From contig CP011210.1 in NCBI GenBank assembly GCA_001029675.1, forward strand, positions 64,193-128,192: DNA of 64,000 bases, in the 5' to 3' direction. The position numbers and the translations under genes were made by a program. Below are positions 27,248 through 33,761 of the stretch, one piece after another. This DNA is from Candidatus Beckwithbacteria bacterium GW2011_GWC1_49_16. GTDB lineage: Bacteria; Patescibacteriota; Microgenomatia; UBA1400; CG1-02-47-37. Position 1 is the first letter of the stretch. Each line of letters opens with the position of its first letter. The notes beneath the pieces are model-generated. The model was not told where the DNA came from, did no database searches, and saw nothing but the letters and a program-made list of their open reading frames with translations.

Positions 27248-27586
27248 AGCGGGTGGGAGGTAAGTATCTCGTGAGGCTCAAGGTAGTGGGCCCCTCCGAG
27301 GGTAACTTCGGAGAGAGAACCCGGCTCATAACGGAGAAATCCCGGTTAAGACCGAGGATAACCCCGTGGGAAGTCGAGGGCATATAGAAATATATAGTCC
27401 GAGACCCCGTAACGACTGATTCCCGGTGAAAACCGAGGATGAGATGGTGACCGATGCTTCGGCCCATCACACGCCGGGCTCCCGGTCACGACGATAGTCG
27501 GACCGAGGATGATGGTATAGTCTAACTCTGGAAAACAGAGGCATAATCTCACTTAATCTGGGAGCGTAACCCAGAACCCGCTACCA
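27248..27586 (+). tRNA. Intron-containing tRNA(CAU), atypical and initiator-like (exons 27248-27278 and 27542-27586)
   Basis: Spliced product: acceptor AGCGGGT/ACCCGCT, D-stem GAGG/TCTC, anticodon arm TGAGG-CT^CAT-AA-TCTCA, T-arm TCTGGG-AGCGTAA-CCCAGA, encoded ACCA end. Confidence 0.8.
27279..27541 (+). ncRNA. Group I self-splicing intron, 263 nt, no ORF, inserted after U33
   Basis: P1 GGCT^CA/TGGGCC with U-G wobble at the splice site; P2 CTCCGAG/TTCGGAG; P3 CCCGGC/GCCGGG; R-like GTAACGACT; S-like GGTATAGTCT; P9 CTCTG/CAGAG; terminal omega-G at 27541. Confidence 0.85.
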
Positions 27587-27622
27587 AATTAGCCTCTAGG
27601 CGTTAGCTTCTAGCTCCTAGAC

Positions 27623-27645
27623 AGCCCCGATTTTTCGGGGCTTTT
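27623..27645 (+). terminator. Intrinsic terminator after the intron-containing tRNA
   Basis: AGCCCCGA/TCGGGGCT hairpin followed by a short T-run. Confidence 0.7.
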
Positions 27646-27649
27646 GGTA

Positions 27650-27678
27650 TTGACATATTCGGTAAATGTTCGCATAAT
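27650..27678 (+). promoter_or_regulatory. Sigma70 promoter, probably giving a leaderless mRNA
   Basis: TTGACA-17 nt-CATAAT, with ATG 6 nt after the -10 box. Confidence 0.65.
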
Positions 27679-27684
27679 GGAACT

Positions 27685-28362
27685 ATGGCTAAATCTGCCC
27701 AACGGTTGGAAGCGAGACGGCTACGACGGCAAGGCTACAGCATTAACGAGATCGCCTCAAAGGTGACAATATCTAAACGAACTGTAAGCAGGTGGTGTAG
27801 AGATATTGTGTTGAATAGGCGACAGAAGAAAATTTTGTGGGCGAGGGCCAAATCTAAATACGCGATTAATTTTAGAAAATACCTTGAAAGAAAAAGTTTA
27901 AGAACCAAAAACAAAATTAAAACCCTTAGGGTAAAAGGGATAAATAAGATTGGGAGTTTGTCCGAAAGGGAACTATTTGTCGTTGGTGCCTCTCTGTATT
28001 GGGCGGAAGGATTTAAAAAAGACACGAGAATCGGTTTTGCTAACTCTGATCTGGATATGATTAAGTTGTTTATTAGGTGGTTAACGAAGTGCCTAAAGAT
28101 TACCAAAGATAATTTGACTTTTTGTGTAACCGTCAATGCTTCGTATAGAAGAAAAATTGCTGAAATTGAGCGGTATTGGGTAAAGAGTTTAGGCGTTAGT
28201 AGAAAGCAATTCACCAGGCCGTTTTTCCAAGAAGTTAAATGGAGGAAGAAGTATGAGAAACCGGAGGAATATCATGGCGTGTTAAGGGTAAGGGTAGTTA
28301 AGAGCCTGGATTTGTTGAGAGAGGTTAATGGTTATATTGAAGGGTTGAGGCGAAGTGTATAG
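27685..28362 (+). CDS. HTH plus LAGLIDADG-like domain protein (paralog of 23928..24608)
   Basis: LRRQGYSINEIASKVTISKRTVSRWC; VGASLYWAEG; FANSDLDMIKLF; YW...LG..R.QFT.P shared with the paralog. Confidence 0.7.
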   Translation: MAKSAQRLEARRLRRQGYSINEIASKVTISKRTVSRWCRDIVLNRRQKKILWARAKSKYAINFRKYLERKSLRTKNKIKTLRVKGINKIGSLSERELFVVGASLYWAEGFKKDTRIGFANSDLDMIKLFIRWLTKCLKITKDNLTFCVTVNASYRRKIAEIERYWVKSLGVSRKQFTRPFFQEVKWRKKYEKPEEYHGVLRVRVVKSLDLLREVNGYIEGLRRSV

Positions 28363-28384
28363 CAATTTGGTAAAATACTTGTGC

Positions 28385-28457
28385 GGCAGGGTAGCTCAGT
28401 TGGTGGAGCACGGGATTCATAAACCCGCGGTCGCGAGTTCGATCCTCGCCCCTGCTA
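28385..28457 (+). tRNA. tRNA-Met (CAU), probably elongator
   Basis: Acceptor GGCAGGG/CCCTGCT, D-arm GCTC/GAGC, anticodon loop TTCATAA, T-arm GCGAG-TTCGATC-CTCGC. TGGTAAAAT -10 upstream. Confidence 0.88.
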
Positions 28458-28928
28458 CTAGGAAGCCTTTTTAATTTCCTGATGATCGGGCCAGACGGGG
28501 CGAGTCATTTTTTCCCACCAGTAAAACTGATTGCCTTTCTTAAAACTCATCTTGGCTAGAAATTTTTCCTCGTTTGAATCAGGGCGAGCCAGCCAGTCAA
28601 TGTCGTCAATCCCGAGTTTTCCCAATCTTTTTTGGCATTCGGCAAATAAGGCCTCGTCAACGCCTACGTCTTTATCTTTAGGCAACACCATAATGTTTTC
28701 GCCCATGGCCCAGGTTCTAAACATTACCCGACAAAAAAGAAAACCAACAATTTGTCCGTCTTTGTTCGCTACTAATAAGATGTCGTCGTTTTTTTGCTTG
28801 AGCCAGGCGGTTAAATACTTTTGATCGTAAAAACCGGTTTCACCCACTTGAAAGTCCTGGTTCAAAACCCCTGGTTTATAAATCTGGTCAATATCTTGTT
28901 CGGTTAAATCCCGAACCACAATCTCCAT
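28458..28928 (-). CDS. GNAT-family acetyltransferase
   Basis: LLVANKDGQIVGF, degenerate acetyl-CoA loop V.P..KDVGV, and F..KMSF. Confidence 0.65.
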   Translation of the reverse strand: MEIVVRDLTEQDIDQIYKPGVLNQDFQVGETGFYDQKYLTAWLKQKNDDILLVANKDGQIVGFLFCRVMFRTWAMGENIMVLPKDKDVGVDEALFAECQKRLGKLGIDDIDWLARPDSNEEKFLAKMSFKKGNQFYWWEKMTRPVWPDHQEIKKAS

Positions 28929-28938
28929 ACCAAGATGA

Positions 28939-29247
28939 TTATACCCTTTTGAGGGGCACCTGGGACAGCTTGGTAAGTTCTTCCTGGTTGTCGTTTGGAG
29001 CCGTTTTGTTTCTGGTGATTTTTGAGCATTTGTCGCACTGGTGGAAGATAATCGGTTTGCCTGATTTTATCTGTAGACCAATGGGTGGCATCAGCCCGCC
29101 GCAGTCGGCGGCCCGGTCGCCGGGAGTCAGCTCGTCGACGTGTTTAGAATAGAGGCAATTAGGGCAGTGGTTGGTGTAGCCGGAGCCGCGGACTTTTTGG
29201 CCGCAGTGAGCACAGGTGAAATTTTCGGTGACTTTGACAAAAGCCAT
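28939..29247 (-). CDS. RNHCP-domain zinc-binding protein
   Basis: FTCAHCG...YTNHCPNCLYSKHVD..PGDRAADCGGLM...HQCDKC. Confidence 0.9.
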   Translation of the reverse strand: MAFVKVTENFTCAHCGQKVRGSGYTNHCPNCLYSKHVDELTPGDRAADCGGLMPPIGLQIKSGKPIIFHQCDKCSKITRNKTAPNDNQEELTKLSQVPLKRV

Positions 29248-29261
29248 TTTGGTGATAGAAT
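29234..29261 (+). promoter_or_regulatory. Sigma70 promoter for the leader-tRNA-Trp-trpS transcript
   Basis: TTGACA (29234) and extended -10 TGATAGAAT (29253-29261). Confidence 0.7.
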
Positions 29262-29286
29262 AGCACAAGTTGAAAAGTTAATTAAA

Positions 29287-29449
29287 CGCGACGATCCGGA
29301 GGGTTGGAACCGGGGAGCGGACTCTAATCAAGTACGGAGGCAAAACCGTAAAAAGACAGCAGCGTATGTTGCCATAATCGGATAAAGTACGTGTCATAAG
29401 AGAACCCTCGTTTGACCATTTACTGTTGTGGCAAAGCGAGGGTTTTTTT
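29287..29449 (+). ncRNA. T-box-like leader RNA (ultrashort stem I, UGG in apical loop, no T-box antiterminator) ending in a strong terminator
   Basis: CGC-GACGA-TCCGG-AGGGTTGGAA-CCGGG-GA-GCG forms a kink-turn stem I. Downstream hairpins ACGG/CCGT and GCAGC/GTTGC. Terminator AACCCTCGTTTG...CAAAGCGAGGGTT with T-run. Confidence 0.6.
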
Positions 29450-29452
29450 GTT

Positions 29453-29528
29453 AGGCGCGTAGCTTAGTTGGTAAAGCACTTGTCTCCAAAACAAGCGAGC
29501 GCAGGTTCGACCCCTGCCGCGCCTGCCA
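29453..29528 (+). tRNA. tRNA-Trp (CCA)
   Basis: Acceptor AGGCGCG/CGCGCCT, anticodon arm CTTGT-CTCCAAA-ACAAG, T-arm GCAGG-TTCGACC-CCTGC, GCCA end. Confidence 0.95.
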
Positions 29529-29557
29529 CTTTGACAGTTATATCAATTAGTTAAATA

Positions 29558-30571
29558 ATGAAAGAAAATATGAAAAATATAAAACGAGTTTTATCCGGCA
29601 TCAGAGCCACCGGCAGGTTGCATTTGGGCAACTACCTGGGCATGGTCAAAGGCATGCTGGAGTTACAAGATAATCCGGGCTACGAGATTTTTTACATGGT
29701 AGCCGATCTTCATTCGATGACCACGCCGTACGACCAGAAAACCTTGGCGTCAACGGCTAGGGAGGTGGTATTAGACTATCTTTCTTGCGGTCTAGAGCCT
29801 GACAAAAGTGCGGTTTTTCTTCAGTCGGATTTAGCCGAGCTCCATACAGAACTGATGTTTTATCTGTCCACGGTAGTGACTGTTGCCCGGATGCAGCACC
29901 TGCCGACATTTAAAGAAAAAGTTAAACAATATCCCCAAAATGTGACCATGGCGTTGTTAAACTATCCGGTGCTGATGGCGGCGGATATTTTGATTTATAA
30001 ATCGTCTGACGTACCGACGGGCATAGATCAAGAGCCGCACTTGGAAGTGGCCCGGGAAATCGCCCGGAAGATGAACGAGGCGTTTGGCACTGATTTTCCC
30101 GAACCGAAGCGTTTTGGAACTCGCGGCGAGTACGTGCCGAGCTTAACCGATGAGGGCAAGATGAGTAAATCTGTCGAGGGCAGCTATATCCAGTTGACGG
30201 ATGATTTGGAAACGATCAAAAAACGGCTGGCAGCAGCGCCGACGGATAGTGGCCGCGGCCAAGCCGTGCCGACCGCAGGCGGCGTGGCCAATCTGCTTAC
30301 CCTGGTGGAGTTGTTTGAAGGCAAGGAGAAGCGCAAGAAGTATGAGAAGCAGTATGTTACAAGCGGCATCCGCTATGGCGAGTTGAAAACTGAGCTGGCC
30401 GAGGCTATCTACCGCGATCTTAAGCCGATTCAGGAAAAGAGGCGGGAGCTTGAGAAAAAGCCCGACTATGTGGAACAGGTGTTAAAAGACGGAGCGGACA
30501 AGGCCAGAAAGATTGCCCAAAAAACCATCGACGAAGTCAAAACCAAAATGGGGCTGAAAGGCGGATTATGA
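29558..30571 (+). CDS. trpS: Tryptophan--tRNA ligase
   Basis: SGIRATGRLHLGNYLG, YPVLMAADIL, DQ.PHLE and KMSKS. Confidence 0.97.
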   Translation: MKENMKNIKRVLSGIRATGRLHLGNYLGMVKGMLELQDNPGYEIFYMVADLHSMTTPYDQKTLASTAREVVLDYLSCGLEPDKSAVFLQSDLAELHTELMFYLSTVVTVARMQHLPTFKEKVKQYPQNVTMALLNYPVLMAADILIYKSSDVPTGIDQEPHLEVAREIARKMNEAFGTDFPEPKRFGTRGEYVPSLTDEGKMSKSVEGSYIQLTDDLETIKKRLAAAPTDSGRGQAVPTAGGVANLLTLVELFEGKEKRKKYEKQYVTSGIRYGELKTELAEAIYRDLKPIQEKRRELEKKPDYVEQVLKDGADKARKIAQKTIDEVKTKMGLKGGL

Positions 30572-30618
30572 GATTTTGCTGGTGGCAGGAACGATATTTA
30601 TGGCGGGCTAAAATGTAG
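30568..30618 (+). CDS. trpL: Trp leader peptide MRFCWWQERYLWRAKM (attenuator)
   Basis: 16 codons with 3 Trp, including tandem WW. ATG overlaps the trpS stop (ATGA). Lies upstream of a terminator and trpB2. Confidence 0.8.
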   Translation: MRFCWWQERYLWRAKM

Positions 30619-30642
30619 CTTGAGTTTTTATTATTAAACTTT

Positions 30643-30667
30643 AACCCCGCCAACAAGCGGGGTTTTT
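30643..30667 (+). terminator. Attenuator terminator upstream of trpB2
   Basis: AACCCCGC-CAACAA-GCGGGGTT plus T-run. Alternative antiterminator pairing: TGGCGGG (30601) with CCCGCCA (30646). Confidence 0.8.
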
Positions 30668-30684
30668 GAAAGGAGGTGATAATC

Positions 30685-31968
30685 ATGAATATTCCACAAA
30701 GATTTTTAAACCTAAACTACTATTTGCAAAAATACTTGGGCGAGTTGCCGCCGCCGCCACTTCATCCGGCAAGTAGGCAGCCGGTGGGGCCTGAAGATTT
30801 GACGCCTTTGTTCCCTATGGAACTAATTAAACAGGAAGTGTCTGTGGACGAGTTTGTGGACATACCTGATGAAGTCAGGGAGATTTATAAGCTTTATCGG
30901 CCCAGCCCCTTAATCCGGGCTAAGCGCTTGGAAAAAGCTTTAAAAACCCCGGCCCGAATTTACTACAAATACGAAGGGGTCAGCCCGGCCGGAAGCCACA
31001 AATTAAATACCGCCTTGGTCCAGGCTTATTACTCTAAAAAAGAAGGGGTTAAGCGTTTGGTGACCGAGACCGGCGCCGGCCAGTGGGGATCGGCCCTGGC
31101 GCTGGCGACCAAGTTTTTTGGCCTCAAGTGTCTGGTTTACATGGTTAAGATTTCTTTTGAGCAAAAGCCTTACCGGCGGGTGGTGATGGAGCTGTTTGAT
31201 GCTAAGGTGGTTCCCAGCCCGTCAAAAAAAACGCGCGTCGGTAGAAGCTTTTTAAAGCAATACCCCCGGACGCACGGCAGTCTCGGCATGGCGATTGCCG
31301 AAGCGATCGAAGTGGCAGCGGGTGATGAGGCTACCAAGTACTCGCTGGGATCGGTGTTAAACCATGTACTGCTTCATCAAACTGTCATCGGCCTGGAAGC
31401 CAAAGACCAGTTTAAGGCGTTGGGCGACGAGCCTGACGTGGTCATCGGCTGCTGCGGCGGGGGATCGAACTTTTCCGGCCTGGCCTTTCCGTTTCTGGTG
31501 GATAAGCTGTCTGGTAAAAAACCCAACCGGCGGTTTGTGGGAGTGGAGCCAAGCTCGTGCGCCTCAATGAGTAAAGGGGAATATCGCTATGACTTTGGCG
31601 ATACGGGTCAGCAGACACCGTTACTTAAAATGGAGACGCTGGGGAGTGATTTTGTGCCACCGCCGATCCATGCAGGGGGCTTACGCTATCACGGCATTGC
31701 CCCAACCTTGGCCTTTTTGCACCAGAAAAAGTTGGTTGAGGCCAAGGCTTATGATCAAGTCAGTGTTTTCAGAGCGGCACAGGAGTTTGCCCATAGCGAG
31801 GGGGTTATTCCGGCGCCGGAGTCAGCCCATGCGATTAAGGCGGCAATCGATGAAGCTCTACGCTGCAGGAGACAAAGAAAGGCGGAAACGATTATTTTCA
31901 ACCTTTCCGGTCACGGTCTTTTGGACCTCAAAGGCTATGAAGATTTTTTGGCCGGGAGTTTGAGGTAG
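30685..31968 (+). CDS. trpB2: TrpB2-type tryptophan synthase beta-like PLP enzyme
   Basis: [46 protein letters not shown] and NLSGHG. Strong SD AAGGAGGT. No trpA adjacent. Confidence 0.93.
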   Translation: MNIPQRFLNLNYYLQKYLGELPPPPLHPASRQPVGPEDLTPLFPMELIKQEVSVDEFVDIPDEVREIYKLYRPSPLIRAKRLEKALKTPARIYYKYEGVSPAGSHKLNTALVQAYYSKKEGVKRLVTETGAGQWGSALALATKFFGLKCLVYMVKISFEQKPYRRVVMELFDAKVVPSPSKKTRVGRSFLKQYPRTHGSLGMAIAEAIEVAAGDEATKYSLGSVLNHVLLHQTVIGLEAKDQFKALGDEPDVVIGCCGGGSNFSGLAFPFLVDKLSGKKPNRRFVGVEPSSCASMSKGEYRYDFGDTGQQTPLLKMETLGSDFVPPPIHAGGLRYHGIAPTLAFLHQKKLVEAKAYDQVSVFRAAQEFAHSEGVIPAPESAHAIKAAIDEALRCRRQRKAETIIFNLSGHGLLDLKGYEDFLAGSLR

Positions 31969-31971
31969 TTA

Positions 31972-32000
31972 AAAGGGGGGCGGAGCAATCCGCCCCCCTT
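31972..32000. terminator. GC-rich hairpin, probable terminator after trpB2
   Basis: AAGGGGGGCGGA-GCAA-TCCGCCCCCCTT perfect inverted repeat. Confidence 0.7.
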
Positions 32001-32008
32001 GTGGTAGA

Positions 32009-32368
32009 ATGGCAACCATGATTACCATCAACGATTTTGCTAAAATTGAAATCCGCGTCGGCAAGGTGATGAAAGCAGAGAATGTGGCGGGAAGTGAGAA
32101 ACTAATTCGACTGAAGGTTGACGTGGGAGAAGAGAAGCCGCGGACCATTTTTACCGGAGTGAGGCCTTTTGGATATGAGGAGAGCGATTTTGAGGGGAAG
32201 AAGTTTTTGTTTGTGACTAACCTTGAGCCGAAACCAATAATGGGTGAAGAAAGCCAGGGGATGGTGTTGGCGGTTGACCCCACTTCGCCAGAGGCTTCGT
32301 TGGGGCAGGCGTCAAAGCCTTTATTTATTTCCGGGGAAGGGATGCCGGTAGGGGCGAAGGTAAGATAA
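32009..32368 (+). CDS. tRNA-binding OB-fold protein (Trbp111/CsaA/MetG C-terminal-like)
   Basis: ITINDFAKIEIRVGKV, KLIRLKVDVGE and NLEPKPIMGEESQGMVLA. Confidence 0.88.
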   Translation: MATMITINDFAKIEIRVGKVMKAENVAGSEKLIRLKVDVGEEKPRTIFTGVRPFGYEESDFEGKKFLFVTNLEPKPIMGEESQGMVLAVDPTSPEASLGQASKPLFISGEGMPVGAKVR

Positions 32369-32831
32369 GCTGATTGTATTCTTGCCAAAAAGCTTTGGGT
32401 AGCTCGGGTGAATATTCTTCAATAATTTTTTCCATACTAGGATTAAAAGGTGGAGTGGTTACGTTTTGAATTAACAAGCCTTCGTTGCCAGCCACAAAAC
32501 AGAATGCGTGACCAGTGCCATATTGAAGCACAATGGGTTTTTCGGCGTCAAGATAATGTTTGGTAATTTTCCCCTTAGGATCGATATCTAAAAACCAGCC
32601 ATTCCCCTTAATCGCGTGTTCGATTAATTGGACTTCTGGTTCAGTTACCTTAGCCACCGCGGTGTGGGAATCTGGATCGATATCAAACAACGCTCCACTG
32701 GCCCAATCCTTGGCTTCATCCAGAAAGACAAAGGGGTAAATATGATATCCACCCAGATCAATGTCTGGTTGAAAATCTATGTTTCGGTGAACACTTTTAA
32801 ACTCAACGCTTTTGATTTCGACTTTATCCAT
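32325..32831 (-). CDS. Hypothetical cupin-like protein
   Basis: Beta-rich, with E...KGNGWF and N...PPF patterns; lower GC. Confidence 0.5.
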   Translation of the reverse strand: MDKVEIKSVEFKSVHRNIDFQPDIDLGGYHIYPFVFLDEAKDWASGALFDIDPDSHTAVAKVTEPEVQLIEHAIKGNGWFLDIDPKGKITKHYLDAEKPIVLQYGTGHAFCFVAGNEGLLIQNVTTPPFNPSMEKIIEEYSPELPKAFWQEYNQLILPSPLPASLPRK

Positions 32832-32911
32832 ATGTATATTTTTGTGATATAATAAAGCCAATAAGAGTGAGAAAGCAAGAATTTTTGTATGTATATATGT
32901 AGGCAGAATTT

Positions 32912-33478
32912 ATGATAGTTTTTTATACTGCCAGCTACTTTGGCAAGAAAAAATATCAGAAAGACTATGATTTGGTGCTTAACACCTTAAAGCAATTCGG
33001 GGTGCAGCTAATTGGCACAGAAGTGGGTAACTATAAAGATTTTGTAGATGAGGCGACGAGGGAAAGATTAAAAGCCAAACCCAAACTACTTCATTACGAA
33101 GCCATTCGCCAGGGAATTCACATGGCCGACGCGGTGGTGTTGGAAGTGTCTAACGAAGATTTTCAGATTGGCCACGAGGCCAGCCTGGCCATTGCCGAAA
33201 AGAAACCGGTTTTATGTTTGTCGGTGAATGAAGATGTGAGTTTTAGGGTAATAAACGACTATCTTTTTGGGGCTAAATACAACCAGAGGAATGTAAAAAG
33301 TGTGGTTCAGGACTTTTTGGCTAAAGCGAGACGGATGAGTCTGTCGCAGCGGTTTAATTTGTTTTTGTATCCGCACCAGATTGATTATTTAAAAAAAGCG
33401 TCAAAGCGGGCGGGGATGAACATGAGCGAGTATATTCGGCGGCTAATTAGCCTCGACCGGCGGGGAAGAGAAAACTAA
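32912..33478 (+). CDS. Nucleoside 2-deoxyribosyltransferase-like domain fused to a C-terminal ribbon-helix-helix
   Basis: FYTAS...ADAVVLEVS....IGHEASLAIAEKKPVLCL; C-terminal RFNLFL....DYLKKASKRAGMNMSEYIRRLI. Confidence 0.65.
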   Translation: MIVFYTASYFGKKKYQKDYDLVLNTLKQFGVQLIGTEVGNYKDFVDEATRERLKAKPKLLHYEAIRQGIHMADAVVLEVSNEDFQIGHEASLAIAEKKPVLCLSVNEDVSFRVINDYLFGAKYNQRNVKSVVQDFLAKARRMSLSQRFNLFLYPHQIDYLKKASKRAGMNMSEYIRRLISLDRRGREN

Positions 33479-33519
33479 CCCTTGCCAAGTAAAAAAATTT
33501 AGTTATAATTCTGGAGAAT

Positions 33520-33699
33520 ATGAAAGACTTTGAGCCAGCGCCGATCAGAGACTTGTCTACAGAGGACGGGCTAACGCCCTACGCTCAGCCAGGGTCACCT
33601 GTTGAGCTGGGTAGGTTAGAGTTGACTGGAGAGGCAGGTCGCACGGAAGCGACCGAAGGACAAGCTCCCCTGGGCGGTCACGGCGGTCACGGAGAGTAA
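33520..33699 (+). CDS. Small 59-aa acidic, Gly-rich hypothetical protein (absent from the ORF track)
   Basis: MKDFEPAPIRDL...LGGHGGHGE; near-consensus promoter TTGCCA-17-TATAAT (33482-33509) and GGAG SD. Confidence 0.55.
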   Translation: MKDFEPAPIRDLSTEDGLTPYAQPGSPVELGRLELTGEAGRTEATEGQAPLGGHGGHGE

Positions 33700-33761
33700 A
33701 ACCTCTCAATTAGCGGCCAGTTCCAGGAGAGTAGCTTTTTCTGTGGTACAATCGGTTGATA

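Noticed and set aside
27279-27543. Alternative intron position after C34-A35 (CA occurs at both junctions)
   Set aside because: Only the 33/34 placement gives the U-G pair in P1 and a terminal omega-G.
27216-27552. Minus-strand ORFs of 84 and 68 aa
   Set aside because: They are antisense to the tRNA and group I intron and show no protein motifs.
27248-27586. Selenocysteine- or pyrrolysine-type tRNA, suggested by the long acceptor-T stack and odd loops
   Set aside because: The anticodon is CAU, there is no long variable arm, and no sel or pyl genes are in the window.
29299-29325. GAGGGTTGGAACCGG read as the canonical T-box antiterminator bulge (UGGNACC)
   Set aside because: It lies at the 5' end of the transcript with no room for an upstream stem I, lacks a proper A2 helix, and its N (A) does not match the G discriminator of tRNA-Trp. 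It fits the stem I loop better.
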